The notes beneath the pieces were generated by a model, which did no database searches, was not told where the DNA came from, and saw only the letters and a list, made by a program, of their open reading frames with translations. Shown here piece after piece: positions 1-9,467 of a DNA stretch of 64,000 nucleotides (position 1 is the first letter of the stretch; every line of letters starts with the position of its first letter). The DNA is taken from contig CAZHYG010000001.1 of assembly GCA_964536615.1 (NCBI GenBank), positions 134,200 to 198,199 on the forward strand, read 5' to 3'. This stretch comes from an uncultured Gammaproteobacteria bacterium. Its GTDB lineage: Bacteria; Patescibacteriota; Patescibacteriia; Magasanikbacterales; GWA2-37-8. The translations under genes were made by a program, and so were the position numbers.

Positions 1-42
1 GCCTTAGATTAAGATATACAAACTATCGTTATAGATACTTCT

Positions 43-1500
43 ATGAGCCAAGACATAAACCAGATTGAAAAAATACCACCGCAAAGTTTGGAGGCGGAAA
101 TGTCGCTGCTCGGCTCTATTTTGCTTGACAAAGACGCAATGTTAAAAATAGCTGACATTGTGCAGTCAGAAGATTTTTACAAAAACGCCCACGCGCGCAT
201 TTTTGAAGCCATTATTGATCTATATCAAAAAAACGAACCCATTGACCTGCTTACACTAAGTAACAGACTAACTGAAAAAAACCAATTGGAACAAGTGGGC
301 GGACATAGCTACTTGGTATCTCTCACCAACATCGTGCCAACTGCGGCACATGTGGTCAACTACGCAAACATTGTTCATAAAAAAGCGACTCGCCGCCGTC
401 TTTTGGGAGCTGCGTACGAAATTTCCAAATTAGGCTATGAGGAAAACGAGGAACTAGACACCCTCTTAGATCAGGCACAGCGAGAATTGTTTGGTGTTTC
501 TCAAAATTACATGAAACAGACATTCAGTCCGATTCGGGGCATCTTAAACGATGCTTTTGATCGCATTGATGAACTGCACAAAAATAAAGGACAGATGCGT
601 GGTGTGCCTACTGGCTATCCTGATTTGGATAACATGCTTGCCGGTCTGCAAAAATCAGATTTGGTAATCTTGGCAGCGCGTCCTAGTGTGGGTAAAACCT
701 CATTCGCGCTAGACATTGTGCGCCATATTGGCGCAAAAAGAAAAATACCGGTGGGAGTTTTTTCATTGGAAATGAGTAAAGAGCAGCTAGTAGATCGCTT
801 ACTGTGCTCGGAAGCAAATGTTGATCTGTGGAAAATGAGAACCGGCCGCTTGAGCGATCGGCCCGAAGATGATGACTTTCCCCGTATCGGTCATGCTATG
901 GGTGTGTTATCCGAATCACCAATCTTTATTGATGATGCGCCAAACAATAACATCATGCAGATTCGCACCAAATCCAGGCGTTTGCAGATGGAACACGGGT
1001 TGGGGCTTATAGTAATTGACTACTTGCAGCTGATGGAATCCCGCGGCAACAGCGAAAGCCGTGTGCAGGAAATTTCTGAAATTACTCGCGGCTTAAAAGG
1101 AATCGCGCGCGAACTTAACGTGCCGGTGCTTGCTTTATCACAGCTATCTCGTACCGTAGAATTAAGCAAGCCGGCAATTCCAAAACTATCGCATTTGCGC
1201 GAATCTGGTTCTATTGAACAAGATGCGGATGTGGTATTATTTATCTACCGCAAATCCGCAGACAGAAACTATCGCCCAGAAGATATACCGCCGGATGAAA
1301 AAAATAGCGCCGAAATTCATATTGCTAAACACCGTAACGGTCCAACCGGCGTAGCCAAAATGATCTTTGATGAACAGCGCGCCTCGTTCCGCAGCATTAC
1401 CACTCGCTATGCAGTTGAGAATACAGCCCCCGCACCGCAAGCGCTCAAGCCAAAATCGGCATTTAGCGGTGGAGCAGGCCTAGCAAACCCGCCAATGTAA
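43..1500 (+). CDS. dnaB: Replicative DNA helicase DnaB
   Basis: N-terminal DnaB domain (SLEAEMSLLGSILLD). Walker A GKTSFAL. RecA-like C-terminal domain. 485 aa. Confidence 0.93.
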   Translation: MSQDINQIEKIPPQSLEAEMSLLGSILLDKDAMLKIADIVQSEDFYKNAHARIFEAIIDLYQKNEPIDLLTLSNRLTEKNQLEQVGGHSYLVSLTNIVPTAAHVVNYANIVHKKATRRRLLGAAYEISKLGYEENEELDTLLDQAQRELFGVSQNYMKQTFSPIRGILNDAFDRIDELHKNKGQMRGVPTGYPDLDNMLAGLQKSDLVILAARPSVGKTSFALDIVRHIGAKRKIPVGVFSLEMSKEQLVDRLLCSEANVDLWKMRTGRLSDRPEDDDFPRIGHAMGVLSESPIFIDDAPNNNIMQIRTKSRRLQMEHGLGLIVIDYLQLMESRGNSESRVQEISEITRGLKGIARELNVPVLALSQLSRTVELSKPAIPKLSHLRESGSIEQDADVVLFIYRKSADRNYRPEDIPPDEKNSAEIHIAKHRNGPTGVAKMIFDEQRASFRSITTRYAVENTAPAPQALKPKSAFSGGAGLANPPM

Positions 1501-1536
1501 AAAAATAATAATATAATTAATTATTAAAATAATCTT

Positions 1537-1839
1537 ATGTCGGTATTTTCAAAACTCAAGCAATTTAAAGATTTACGCGAACAAGGAAAAAAACTCCAAG
1601 AAACTCTCTCAACCGAATCCGCTTCTGTTTCTAGCGGCGGCGTTACCCTTACCATGGATGGAAACTTCCAACTTACCGGCGTAGCGATTGAAGACAGCCT
1701 GCTTACAGTTGATAAAAAAGAAAAATTACAAAATGCCATTAAGGATGCGCACAGCGATGCAATTAAAAAAATGCAGCGCATCATGGCAACTAAAATGCAG
1801 GAAATGGGCGGATTGGAAGGATTGTTTCCAAAACAATAA
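1537..1839 (+). CDS. ybaB: Nucleoid-associated protein YbaB/EbfC
   Basis: 100-aa protein with YbaB-like motifs. Conserved position between dnaB-side genes and recR. Confidence 0.8.
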   Translation: MSVFSKLKQFKDLREQGKKLQETLSTESASVSSGGVTLTMDGNFQLTGVAIEDSLLTVDKKEKLQNAIKDAHSDAIKKMQRIMATKMQEMGGLEGLFPKQ

Positions 1840-1857
1840 TAAAATCCACTAATTTTC

Positions 1858-2457
1858 ATGTACTCAAAGTCAATCCAACATCTAATTAGCGCATTCCGCA
1901 AACTGCCAAGCGTCGGGCAGCGAACCGCCGAACGCTTTGCTTTTTATCTGCTCAAATCCGGCAAAAAAGAAGTTGCGGAAATTACTCTGGCGCTAAAAGA
2001 GCTAATAGACAACGTAAAAAGCTGTGAACAGTGCTGGGACTTTGGCGACACCAATCCGTGCGCTATCTGCGCAAATAAAAATAGAGATCAATCAGTAATT
2101 TGTATCGTCTGCGAACCGCAAGATATGCACGTTATTGAACGCACCGGGATTTTTGGCGGCCTCTATCATGTGCTGCGCGGAGTGATTGAACCGGGCAGCG
2201 ACGATATGGATAAATTAAAAATTAAAGAACTATTCGCGCGCCTTGAAAAAAATACCGGGCTTAAGGAAATAATTTTAGCTTTTAACCCTGATTTGCCTGG
2301 AGAGACGACCATGTTATTTCTTGAGAAAAAAATTAAAGAAAAAAACCCGGCTATTTCTGTAACACGGTTGGCGCGAGGCTTGCCTATGGGCAGCGATTTG
2401 CAATACGCAGATGAAATCACCCTTGGCAGCGCCATCAAAAACAGAACTGGAAAATAA
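1858..2457 (+). CDS. recR: Recombination protein RecR
   Basis: HhH N-terminus (LPSVGQRTAERFAFYLL). C4 zinc finger (CEQC...CAIC). Toprim region. 199 aa. Confidence 0.92.
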   Translation: MYSKSIQHLISAFRKLPSVGQRTAERFAFYLLKSGKKEVAEITLALKELIDNVKSCEQCWDFGDTNPCAICANKNRDQSVICIVCEPQDMHVIERTGIFGGLYHVLRGVIEPGSDDMDKLKIKELFARLEKNTGLKEIILAFNPDLPGETTMLFLEKKIKEKNPAISVTRLARGLPMGSDLQYADEITLGSAIKNRTGK

Positions 2458-2475
2458 AACTCAATACACCAAAAC

Positions 2476-2505
2476 TAAAAAATCGCCATTACGGCGATTT
2501 TTTGA
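2476..2505. terminator. Bidirectional intrinsic terminator between recR and rplU
   Basis: A-run, stem ATCGCC/GGCGAT with 5-nt loop, then T6. Lies between convergent genes. Confidence 0.7.
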
Positions 2506-2513
2506 TATATGTA

Positions 2514-2819
2514 TTAAGCGATTTTTACCAAGCTGTATCTCTGTCTTTGTCCGTGTACTTTGTGATAGCGAACTTTGCGTTTAAACTTCTCTACGCGCAA
2601 GGTGCGTTCTTTGCCTTGTTTTTCTAGCGTAGCAGTAACAGTTACACCATCCAAATACGGCTGTCCGATCTTAACATTTTTTCCATCTTCATCAGCGGTT
2701 AGCAATACTTTATCAAACACAACAGTTGAACCTTCTTCAGCTTTAAGCTTTTCAACTTTCAACACATCGCCATTTTTTACCAAATATTGTTTACCACCAG
2801 TAGCAATAACTGCGTACAT
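2514..2819 (-). CDS. rplU: 50S ribosomal protein L21
   Basis: MYAVIATGGKQYLVKNGDVLKVEKL is the canonical L21 N-terminus. 101 aa. Confidence 0.93.
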   Translation of the reverse strand: MYAVIATGGKQYLVKNGDVLKVEKLKAEEGSTVVFDKVLLTADEDGKNVKIGQPYLDGVTVTATLEKQGKERTLRVEKFKRKVRYHKVHGQRQRYSLVKIA

Positions 2820-2875
2820 AAAATAAGTCAGAATAATTGAGTTAGAATAATAACGCTATTAGTATACGATAAAAA

Positions 2876-3376
2876 CTAAATTTTGTCAACAATTTCAACC
2901 GTATCCCCTATTTTTAAACCCGCCCGCTCCGCAAAACCAGCCGGAACCTCCAAAACCATATCAGCAACACTGCGGGGACGATATACAGTCAACTGGTCTT
3001 CCGCCATACCCGCCTGCGAAACAAGCGATGGCGCAATATCTATTATTTTGCCTTGATTTAGCCAAATTATATCAAGTGAAAAACGCATATCTCGCATCAC
3101 CATAGCATGCCGATCGGACTGCGGAAAGATAAAAAGCATCCCACCATACTTCCCCATATCGGCACGGCCACTCCAACCCTTAAACCTGTGCGCAGGCGTA
3201 TCTGCTACCAAAACGCGTATTTTTTCCTGATTAATATAAATATTGGTTTTAGGCCATACATACCCATATATTTTATTTCCCAATGCCAAAACTATAATAA
3301 TCGCAAAAGCAACCAAGTGCCATTTTTTAAATGTTTTTGTCTGATTAGACATATGTTTTTTTGTTCTTACCAACAA
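2876..3376 (-). CDS. DUF192 (COG1430) domain protein with N-terminal membrane anchor
   Basis: Motif MLFIFP...HAMVMRDMRFSLDIIWL is typical of DUF192. 166 aa. Confidence 0.7.
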   Translation of the reverse strand: MLVRTKKHMSNQTKTFKKWHLVAFAIIIVLALGNKIYGYVWPKTNIYINQEKIRVLVADTPAHRFKGWSGRADMGKYGGMLFIFPQSDRHAMVMRDMRFSLDIIWLNQGKIIDIAPSLVSQAGMAEDQLTVYRPRSVADMVLEVPAGFAERAGLKIGDTVEIVDKI

Positions 3377-4409
3377 TATGACTTAATACAACCATAATAA
3401 CAATAAGCGCTGCCAGCGCATATACTTTTTGCAAACTCTGCAAAAACAGCGTGGCTATGCCAAAGAAAAAAGAAATTGCGTATAAAAATAATACGGATTG
3501 TTTTTGGGTAAACCCCGCATCTACCATTCTAAAATGCAAATGCTCTCTATCTCCAGAAAAAATACTTTGTTTTTTCCGTATTCTAATATACATAACTCGC
3601 AAAACATCCAGAACTGGAATAGCCATAACCAGCAACGCGGTAGCAAGCTTACCTCCGCCAATTACCGCCAAAACCGCTAGCATAAACCCGATAAACATAC
3701 TACCGCTTTCTCCTAAAAATATTTGAGCGGGATGAAAATTGAACAGCAAAAAACCAAGGCAGGACCCAAGAAATATAAGAGCGACCAAGCTCACATTGGG
3801 CTGATAAAACTTTGTAACGGCGGTTAGCAAAACAATAATAAACGCGCCTATGGAAACAACCCCCGCTGCCAAACCATCTAAACCATCTAAAATTTTTGTG
3901 GTATATGTCATGCCCAAAAACCAGCAAAACACCAGTACACTGCCAACAGCGTTCGCTAAAAAAAGATATCCGCCCAACGGGTTAGTAATCTTTGTCAGCC
4001 AAGGAAAGAATAGTGTGACAATAAGTATTGCCACCGCCACTAAAGGCAAGCGTATTGCCGCTGAAAATGGACGCAAATCATCCGCAATGCCTACAAGCAT
4101 AATAATCAGTGATCCGACCAAAGCAACCATAAGAGGATCGATGATTTTCTCTATACCGTATACTGGAAAATATACCATTACGGTGCAAACTGTAACCCAA
4201 AAAGACAAAAAAATTGCCAACCCACCCAGCAGCGGAGTTGGCTTGGCATGCAAATGACGGCTAGTGTCCGGCGTATCCACCACTCCCGCGCCATACGCAA
4301 ACTTTTTTATTAAAAAAGTCAAAAAAACCGAAATAATAAAAGATATAAAAAAATATAACATCATACTACTAATCAATAAACAAAGCTCCTTGCGCGCCAA
4401 TTGTAACAT
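3345..4409 (-). CDS. mraY: MraY/WecA-family polyprenyl-phosphate sugar-1-phosphate transferase (likely phospho-MurNAc-pentapeptide translocase)
   Basis: Multi-TM protein with GIADDLRP, KILDGLDGLAAG, HPAQIFLGESGS and DREHLHFR motifs of the MraY/WecA superfamily. Sits in dcw context downstream of mraZ-rsmH-ftsL. Confidence 0.65.
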   Translation of the reverse strand: MLQLARKELCLLISSMMLYFFISFIISVFLTFLIKKFAYGAGVVDTPDTSRHLHAKPTPLLGGLAIFLSFWVTVCTVMVYFPVYGIEKIIDPLMVALVGSLIIMLVGIADDLRPFSAAIRLPLVAVAILIVTLFFPWLTKITNPLGGYLFLANAVGSVLVFCWFLGMTYTTKILDGLDGLAAGVVSIGAFIIVLLTAVTKFYQPNVSLVALIFLGSCLGFLLFNFHPAQIFLGESGSMFIGFMLAVLAVIGGGKLATALLVMAIPVLDVLRVMYIRIRKKQSIFSGDREHLHFRMVDAGFTQKQSVLFLYAISFFFGIATLFLQSLQKVYALAALIVIMVVLSHIVGKNKKTYV

Positions 4410-7134
4410 TACTGCCGCGTTTTAACTTGCCTTGCAAAAATAGTTCTGCCATTTTATTTTCAACTTTTTCCTGCAAAGCGCGGCGCATCGGACGAGCGCC
4501 AAACTCAGGATCAAATCCGGCATCAGCCAAAAAATCAAGCGCTTCCTCTGTAGCCGAAATATGAACCCCTTTATTTTCCATATCTTTGGCAATACTGTCA
4601 AACATAAGCCGCGCCACCTGTTTAATAGCATCTCGTTCAAGAGAGTTAAACAGCACAATACCATCAAACCGATTTAAAAACTCTGGACGGAAGTAGTGGT
4701 GTAATTCTTCGTGCAATAATTGGCTTAACAGCTCATCGTGCGACACGCCAATTCTCGCCTGCTCGCGAACAAACAATGTACCTGCGTTTGAGGTGGCAAT
4801 AATAATAACATTGGTAAAATCAAATACACGGCCGGCGCTATCCGTGAGCCTACCATCATCCATTACCTGCAAAAATAAATTTAAAATATCCGGATCCGCC
4901 TTCTCAATTTCATCAAGCAATACCAAAGAAAACGGCGCTTTATGCACTGCTTCGGTTAAAATACCCGTGCCTTGAGAACCTGGCATGCCAATAAGGCGGT
5001 ACAGACTGGTTTTATCCTGATATTCACTCATATCCAGCCGAATCATGCGATTTTCTCCGCCAAAATAAATATCAGCAATAGTTTTGGCAAGCTCGGTTTT
5101 ACCAACACCTGTCGGACCTAAAAATAAAAAACTTGCCATCGGCCGCTTACGCGCATGCAAATCGGCGCGCGCTCGACGCAATGCTCCGGCTACCGCCTGC
5201 ACTGCTTCTTCTTGGCCCACCACTCGCTTGTGCATTTCTTCTTCCAAACGCATTAACTTTTCAGATTCATTGCCGGAAATTGCCGCCACCGGAATTTTAG
5301 TTTTTGCAGTAACTACCAGAGCAACTTCTTCCTTAGTAATAATTGCATGAGAGCCTTTTTTATTTTTAGTGTAGCTGGCTGATTCTGTCAAAAGCTCAAG
5401 GGCACTAACCGGCAACGGAGTATCATGGAAAAATTTTTTGGCAAACTCCACGCATTTCTCTATAGCCGCATATGAAAAAAACACCGAGTGCTTATACTCC
5501 AAAAATCCGGCCCGAGATTCTAAAACCTGTATTGCTTGATCTTCATTCATCTCGCCTATTTCAACCATGGTGAACATGCTTTTCAACGAAGACCCTAATA
5601 CATGCTGCGCATATCGCTCCGGGGTTGTAGTGGCAAACACGATTATATTTTTATCACTTAAAAATTCACGTAATGTATCTGCCATATCCAATCCGCCTTC
5701 TTGGCCTATCGTTATACCAATAAGCTCATCAATACCGCTAATATACAACACAACATTTCGCGCTCGCGCGGTTTCTTGCATAATACGCTGCACTCGCTCG
5801 GCCACCCCCTCAGGACTTGCGCCTGCCAGAAGCGACGAAATACCTAAACGCACTAAACGCTTATCTTTAAGCAAATCGGGCACCTCGCCCGCAACCATAC
5901 GCTGAGCCACATCTTCAATGATGGAATTTTTTCCAACACCAGTTTCTCCAACCAATAATATGCCTTTTTCTCCAGCTTCAACCATTTGAAACACTTCATC
6001 TAACTCATTACCGCGCGCCACGCACGGCTCTAATTGACCGTAGTGCGCCAGCACAGTTACATCGGTGCTAAAACTATTCAAATACGGTGTAGCCAAAGCA
6101 GTCATAGCCCTGTCCATACCATACTTTGAATGGTGTTTTACAGCTTTTTTAAAAACAAGATAATCCCGATGCATTTTTTCTTTCATGCGCGCCCACGCAA
6201 CAACATTGGCTAGCTGTCTTTCAGAAATATCATAATTAAATAGAATATTTTGAATCGCAGAATTGGCTGAAATGGCAAACATTAGCAATTCGGTTACGCT
6301 AACATAGGGCTGCTTGGCTGCAAACGCATTTTCATATGACTGAAAAATAATTTGCAAAACATCATTGGAAAGACGCGGTGACACCCCGGCATGAATTGGC
6401 GCGCTATTTACACACAACGCTTCGGCTTCTTTTAAGAGGACGCTTGACGGTATGCCAAGCCTGATAAAAATATTGCTAATACGATTGCAAGAAAGCAAAG
6501 CGTAAAATATATGCGCAGACTCCATTGCTGGCGAACGCACTTTGTTAGCGTACAAATAAGCCTTACCAAGCGCGGCCAGAGCCTCGGGAGTAAACCCAAT
6601 TGCAATATTTTTTTTGTTTTTTCTTGAAACGCGCACAGCTTCAGGCCATGAATCAATCGTAAGATCGTGTTCTTTTGATGAATTATTATAAAAATTAAAT
6701 AATCCAACCGTTTTATCAAAAGGTTCTTTCTGCCGCAACACGCGATACCACAGATATAATAGGGCTACTACTCCAAACCAAAATAGGAAAACAGACCATT
6801 TATCCAATGAAGCAACAAAGGCTGCCCATTGTTTTGGGTTCTTTAACACTGTAAACACACCTTGTTTATACACAAACAAGGCTGCCCATATCCAAGCATT
6901 GAGCCACAGAACGAGCACGGTAATAAATCTAATTATATTGAGCATTCGCCTTCCTGCCTGCAATCTAAGATTATATGTATCCAGCGGAAAACCCCAATAC
7001 AGCCAACTGCCGCGCAAACTTAACCCTGCGGCCATGCCACGGCATTGCGCGCATTTTTTAAAACCGCGCCTGCCCACGCCATTGCAAACGTCGCAAACAA
7101 GAAGCGGCAAAGGTTGATTTTTTTTAAACTCCAT
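4369..7134 (-). CDS. ClpA/ClpC-like double-AAA+ unfoldase with N-terminal C4 zinc ribbon and two TM helices
   Basis: CDVCNGVGRRGFKKCAQC zinc ribbon. Two hydrophobic helices. Clp_N-like repeat. AAA1 (GETGVGKNSI). AAA2 (GPTGVGKTELAK, DEIEKA, sensor region). No long ClpB middle domain. 921 aa. Confidence 0.75.
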   Translation of the reverse strand: MEFKKNQPLPLLVCDVCNGVGRRGFKKCAQCRGMAAGLSLRGSWLYWGFPLDTYNLRLQAGRRMLNIIRFITVLVLWLNAWIWAALFVYKQGVFTVLKNPKQWAAFVASLDKWSVFLFWFGVVALLYLWYRVLRQKEPFDKTVGLFNFYNNSSKEHDLTIDSWPEAVRVSRKNKKNIAIGFTPEALAALGKAYLYANKVRSPAMESAHIFYALLSCNRISNIFIRLGIPSSVLLKEAEALCVNSAPIHAGVSPRLSNDVLQIIFQSYENAFAAKQPYVSVTELLMFAISANSAIQNILFNYDISERQLANVVAWARMKEKMHRDYLVFKKAVKHHSKYGMDRAMTALATPYLNSFSTDVTVLAHYGQLEPCVARGNELDEVFQMVEAGEKGILLVGETGVGKNSIIEDVAQRMVAGEVPDLLKDKRLVRLGISSLLAGASPEGVAERVQRIMQETARARNVVLYISGIDELIGITIGQEGGLDMADTLREFLSDKNIIVFATTTPERYAQHVLGSSLKSMFTMVEIGEMNEDQAIQVLESRAGFLEYKHSVFFSYAAIEKCVEFAKKFFHDTPLPVSALELLTESASYTKNKKGSHAIITKEEVALVVTAKTKIPVAAISGNESEKLMRLEEEMHKRVVGQEEAVQAVAGALRRARADLHARKRPMASFLFLGPTGVGKTELAKTIADIYFGGENRMIRLDMSEYQDKTSLYRLIGMPGSQGTGILTEAVHKAPFSLVLLDEIEKADPDILNLFLQVMDDGRLTDSAGRVFDFTNVIIIATSNAGTLFVREQARIGVSHDELLSQLLHEELHHYFRPEFLNRFDGIVLFNSLERDAIKQVARLMFDSIAKDMENKGVHISATEEALDFLADAGFDPEFGARPMRRALQEKVENKMAELFLQGKLKRGSNVTIGAQGALFID

Positions 7135-7513
7135 ATAAGATTCCGTAAAATACTAACAAAGGCAGCGCCAGCCATAACAGAAAAAATAAAAAACAGCAGG
7201 CCAGCCAAACCGCTAAAGCAGCAGTGCGAAAAATAATCTGAACCAAACGCATAAAAAAACTGACAACCCTGCCCTGCCAATCATATTGCCCAAACATCGG
7301 TACAAAAATATGCGTCAACCATATGCCGGGAGCCAGAGTTTCATTGCCGCGCGCCAGCCATAACAAACATCGCTTGCCGGCGCGAACTGCGCCAGCGGTA
7401 TACCACCAAATCGGAAAATAAAAAATATCAAGTATGGCTTCCAAAAATAATTTTTCTAAAATAAGAATCATCATATGACAACATATATAGTATACCATAT
7501 AAGCCCGCAACAA
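7124..7513 (-). CDS. Hypothetical small membrane protein (TTG start in ORF track; internal ATG at 7498 possible)
   Basis: Hydrophobic 129-aa ORF between ftsL and the Clp-like gene. Start codon is non-ATG. No recognisable family. Confidence 0.35.
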   Translation of the reverse strand: MLRAYMVYYICCHMMILILEKLFLEAILDIFYFPIWWYTAGAVRAGKRCLLWLARGNETLAPGIWLTHIFVPMFGQYDWQGRVVSFFMRLVQIIFRTAALAVWLACCFLFFLLWLALPLLVFYGILYGV

Positions 7514-7541
7514 AAAATCCTCAATATGAGGATTTTTTAAG
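7507..7541. terminator. Bidirectional intrinsic terminator downstream of ftsL
   Basis: AAAAAA, then ATCCTCA-ata-TGAGGAT, then TTTTTT. Confidence 0.6.
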
Positions 7542-7558
7542 TGAGATAATATGAAAAA

Positions 7559-7918
7559 TTATTTTTTTGCCATCGCGCTGTTTGCGCTTGCCAAGAACTT
7601 AACATCAGTAACTTCGGTCATTTGAGTTTTTTGCACGCGTGAAGCAATACTGGCCATTGAAGTATTATCTGCAATTTCAACTTCCAGCCTGCGCACATCC
7701 AACTCCAAAGCGCTAGCTTGTTTTTCCAATAAACGCATTTGATAACCGCTGGTAGCTGAAGCGGTAATATTTACCACATAGGCAGCGCCGAAAGATACTA
7801 TAATGGCGCACAAACCAAGCCGTACCACTGGTGAAAATACCCAGGCTGGCAGCAAATCGGATTGGAAAGCTGCAGCAACGGTTCGTAATTTGTATGAAAT
7901 CTGGCGTTTAATGGACAT
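7559..7918 (-). CDS. ftsL: Cell division protein FtsL-like (single-pass membrane, coiled coil)
   Basis: 119 aa with a TM helix and a leucine-zipper-like segment. Sits immediately downstream of rsmH, as in dcw clusters. Confidence 0.6.
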   Translation of the reverse strand: MSIKRQISYKLRTVAAAFQSDLLPAWVFSPVVRLGLCAIIVSFGAAYVVNITASATSGYQMRLLEKQASALELDVRRLEVEIADNTSMASIASRVQKTQMTEVTDVKFLASANSAMAKK

Positions 7919-7928
7919 ATGTATAAAT

Positions 7929-8831
7929 TTATATTTTTTCTATAACTCGTAATTTTGCACTGCGCGCGCGAGGGTTATTTTTTAACTCCTCTTCGCCGGC
8001 TACAATCGGTTTTTTATTTACCAGTCGTATTTTTTTATTTTCTTGTGATTTAAAATATTGTTTTACAATCCTATCCTCCAAAGAATGAAACGTGATAACT
8101 GCCAATCTTCCATGCGGCGCCAAGAGCTCCAGCGCTTCGGGCAAAACTTTTTTAATACTTTCCAGCTCTTGATTGACCTCTATGCGCAGCGCTTGGAATA
8201 CTTTTGTGGCCGGATGAATACCGCCCACCCACGGCACTTCTTTATCTGTTTTTAATTTCTTTCTATATTGGGACAAAATTATTTCAGTTAATTCACCGGT
8301 TGTTTCGATCTGTTTATTTTTTCTATAAAACACTATGGCGGCGGCAATTTCCGCGCTTAACTGTTCTTCTCCCAACATTTTAAAAATCAAATGCAAATCA
8401 TGTTCCGAGTAAGTATTAACTATTTCCGCAGCGGTTTGGCCTTCACCGGCGCTATAACGCATATCCAGAGGCTCATTGTTTAAAAAACTAAACCCTCTCC
8501 CCCGCTCTTCAAACTGCGGTGTGGACCAGCCAAAATCCATGAGCATGCCTTGCACTTCTGTAAAATTGTGCGCAGCGGCAACCGAAGCAATATGCGCAAA
8601 GTTTTCTCGAACCAGCACAGCCCGATCTTCAAAGCGATATAAAAATCGTTTGGCGCGCAAAACCGCTTCGGGGTCTGCATCAACACCAAGCAGCATGCCG
8701 TTTGGAGAAATTTTTTCCAGCATAGCCTCACTATGCCCCGCATCTCCGAGGGTGCAATCAATAACTCGCATTCCTGGCGCTAGTTGTAAAGAACTGATCG
8801 TTTCATCTAATAAAACCGGTACGTGTTTCAT
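7929..8831 (-). CDS. rsmH: 16S rRNA (cytosine1402-N4)-methyltransferase RsmH (MraW)
   Basis: MKHVPVLLDE...IDCTLGDAGHS signature. 300 aa. Follows mraZ. Confidence 0.93.
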   Translation of the reverse strand: MKHVPVLLDETISSLQLAPGMRVIDCTLGDAGHSEAMLEKISPNGMLLGVDADPEAVLRAKRFLYRFEDRAVLVRENFAHIASVAAAHNFTEVQGMLMDFGWSTPQFEERGRGFSFLNNEPLDMRYSAGEGQTAAEIVNTYSEHDLHLIFKMLGEEQLSAEIAAAIVFYRKNKQIETTGELTEIILSQYRKKLKTDKEVPWVGGIHPATKVFQALRIEVNQELESIKKVLPEALELLAPHGRLAVITFHSLEDRIVKQYFKSQENKKIRLVNKKPIVAGEEELKNNPRARSAKLRVIEKI

Positions 8832-8846
8832 AATGCGAATCTATAA

Positions 8847-9278
8847 TTAAACTCCCAATTCCCCCATTTTTTCAGCTATCGTTCCGCTTTCAGCTTCAGT
8901 TTGTTTTTTATAGGCGTTCCACAATTCCTGATCCCAAATTTCCAAACGATTATACAAACCTGCAATTACTAAATTTTTCTTGATACCCGCAAAACTGCGC
9001 AGATATTCAGGCAAAATTACTCTGCCCTGTTTATCCATTTCCACATCCATAGCTCCGGCCAACATTAAACGTGAAAACGCTCTGGTGTTGGATTGGCTAA
9101 TGGGCAAGTTTGCCAATTTCTCAGCAAGTTTTTCCCACTCGGTTTTGGTGTACAAAAACAAACAATTATCCAAACCTCGGGTAACAACCGCCCCTTTGCT
9201 TAAATCACGGCGAAATTTTGCCGGCACAGCCATGCGGCCCTTATCGTCTAAATTGTGGCTATATTCGCCAATGAACAT
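8847..9278 (-). CDS. mraZ: Transcriptional regulator MraZ
   Basis: MFIGEYSHNLDDKGRMAVPAKFR and duplicated MraZ domain. 143 aa. Confidence 0.92.
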   Translation of the reverse strand: MFIGEYSHNLDDKGRMAVPAKFRRDLSKGAVVTRGLDNCLFLYTKTEWEKLAEKLANLPISQSNTRAFSRLMLAGAMDVEMDKQGRVILPEYLRSFAGIKKNLVIAGLYNRLEIWDQELWNAYKKQTEAESGTIAEKMGELGV

Positions 9279-9319
9279 AGATAGAAAGTAGTTTTGTGAA
9301 TTAGAGATACAAGCATTTT

Positions 9320-9337
9320 CCCCACTTCACTCCACTA
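9320..9337 (-). promoter_or_regulatory. Candidate MraZ operator: tandem 5-nt repeats AGTGG-AGTGA-AGTGG upstream of mraZ
   Basis: Minus-strand sequence TAGTGGAGTGAAGTGGGG lies ~45 bp upstream of the mraZ start. MraZ proteins bind short direct repeats of GTGG/TGGG type in other bacteria. Confidence 0.35.
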
Positions 9338-9435
9338 CAATCCATTTTATACCACTTTAAAACACATGTCAACATTTTTATCCATTTTCTAACCCTATTT
9401 TTTTGGCTAACATATAACAAAAAATCCCGCTTGCG

Positions 9436-9460
9436 CGGGACTTGTGGACAACTTTATTTA
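9436..9460 (-). terminator. Intrinsic terminator after the MBL-fold ribonuclease gene
   Basis: On the minus strand, stem TCCCGC/GCGGGA with a GCAA loop, then TTTTTTG. Confidence 0.65.
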
Positions 9461-9467
9461 AAAGCAA

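Noticed and set aside
1237-1440. Many short antisense or overlapping ORFs in the six-frame track, for example 1237..1440, 1524..1901(-), 2166..2438, 16769..17386, 37388..38329, 57106..57927 and 23059..23397
   Set aside because: Each lies wholly inside a longer, well-supported gene on the opposite strand or frame and has no motifs. These are shadow ORFs.
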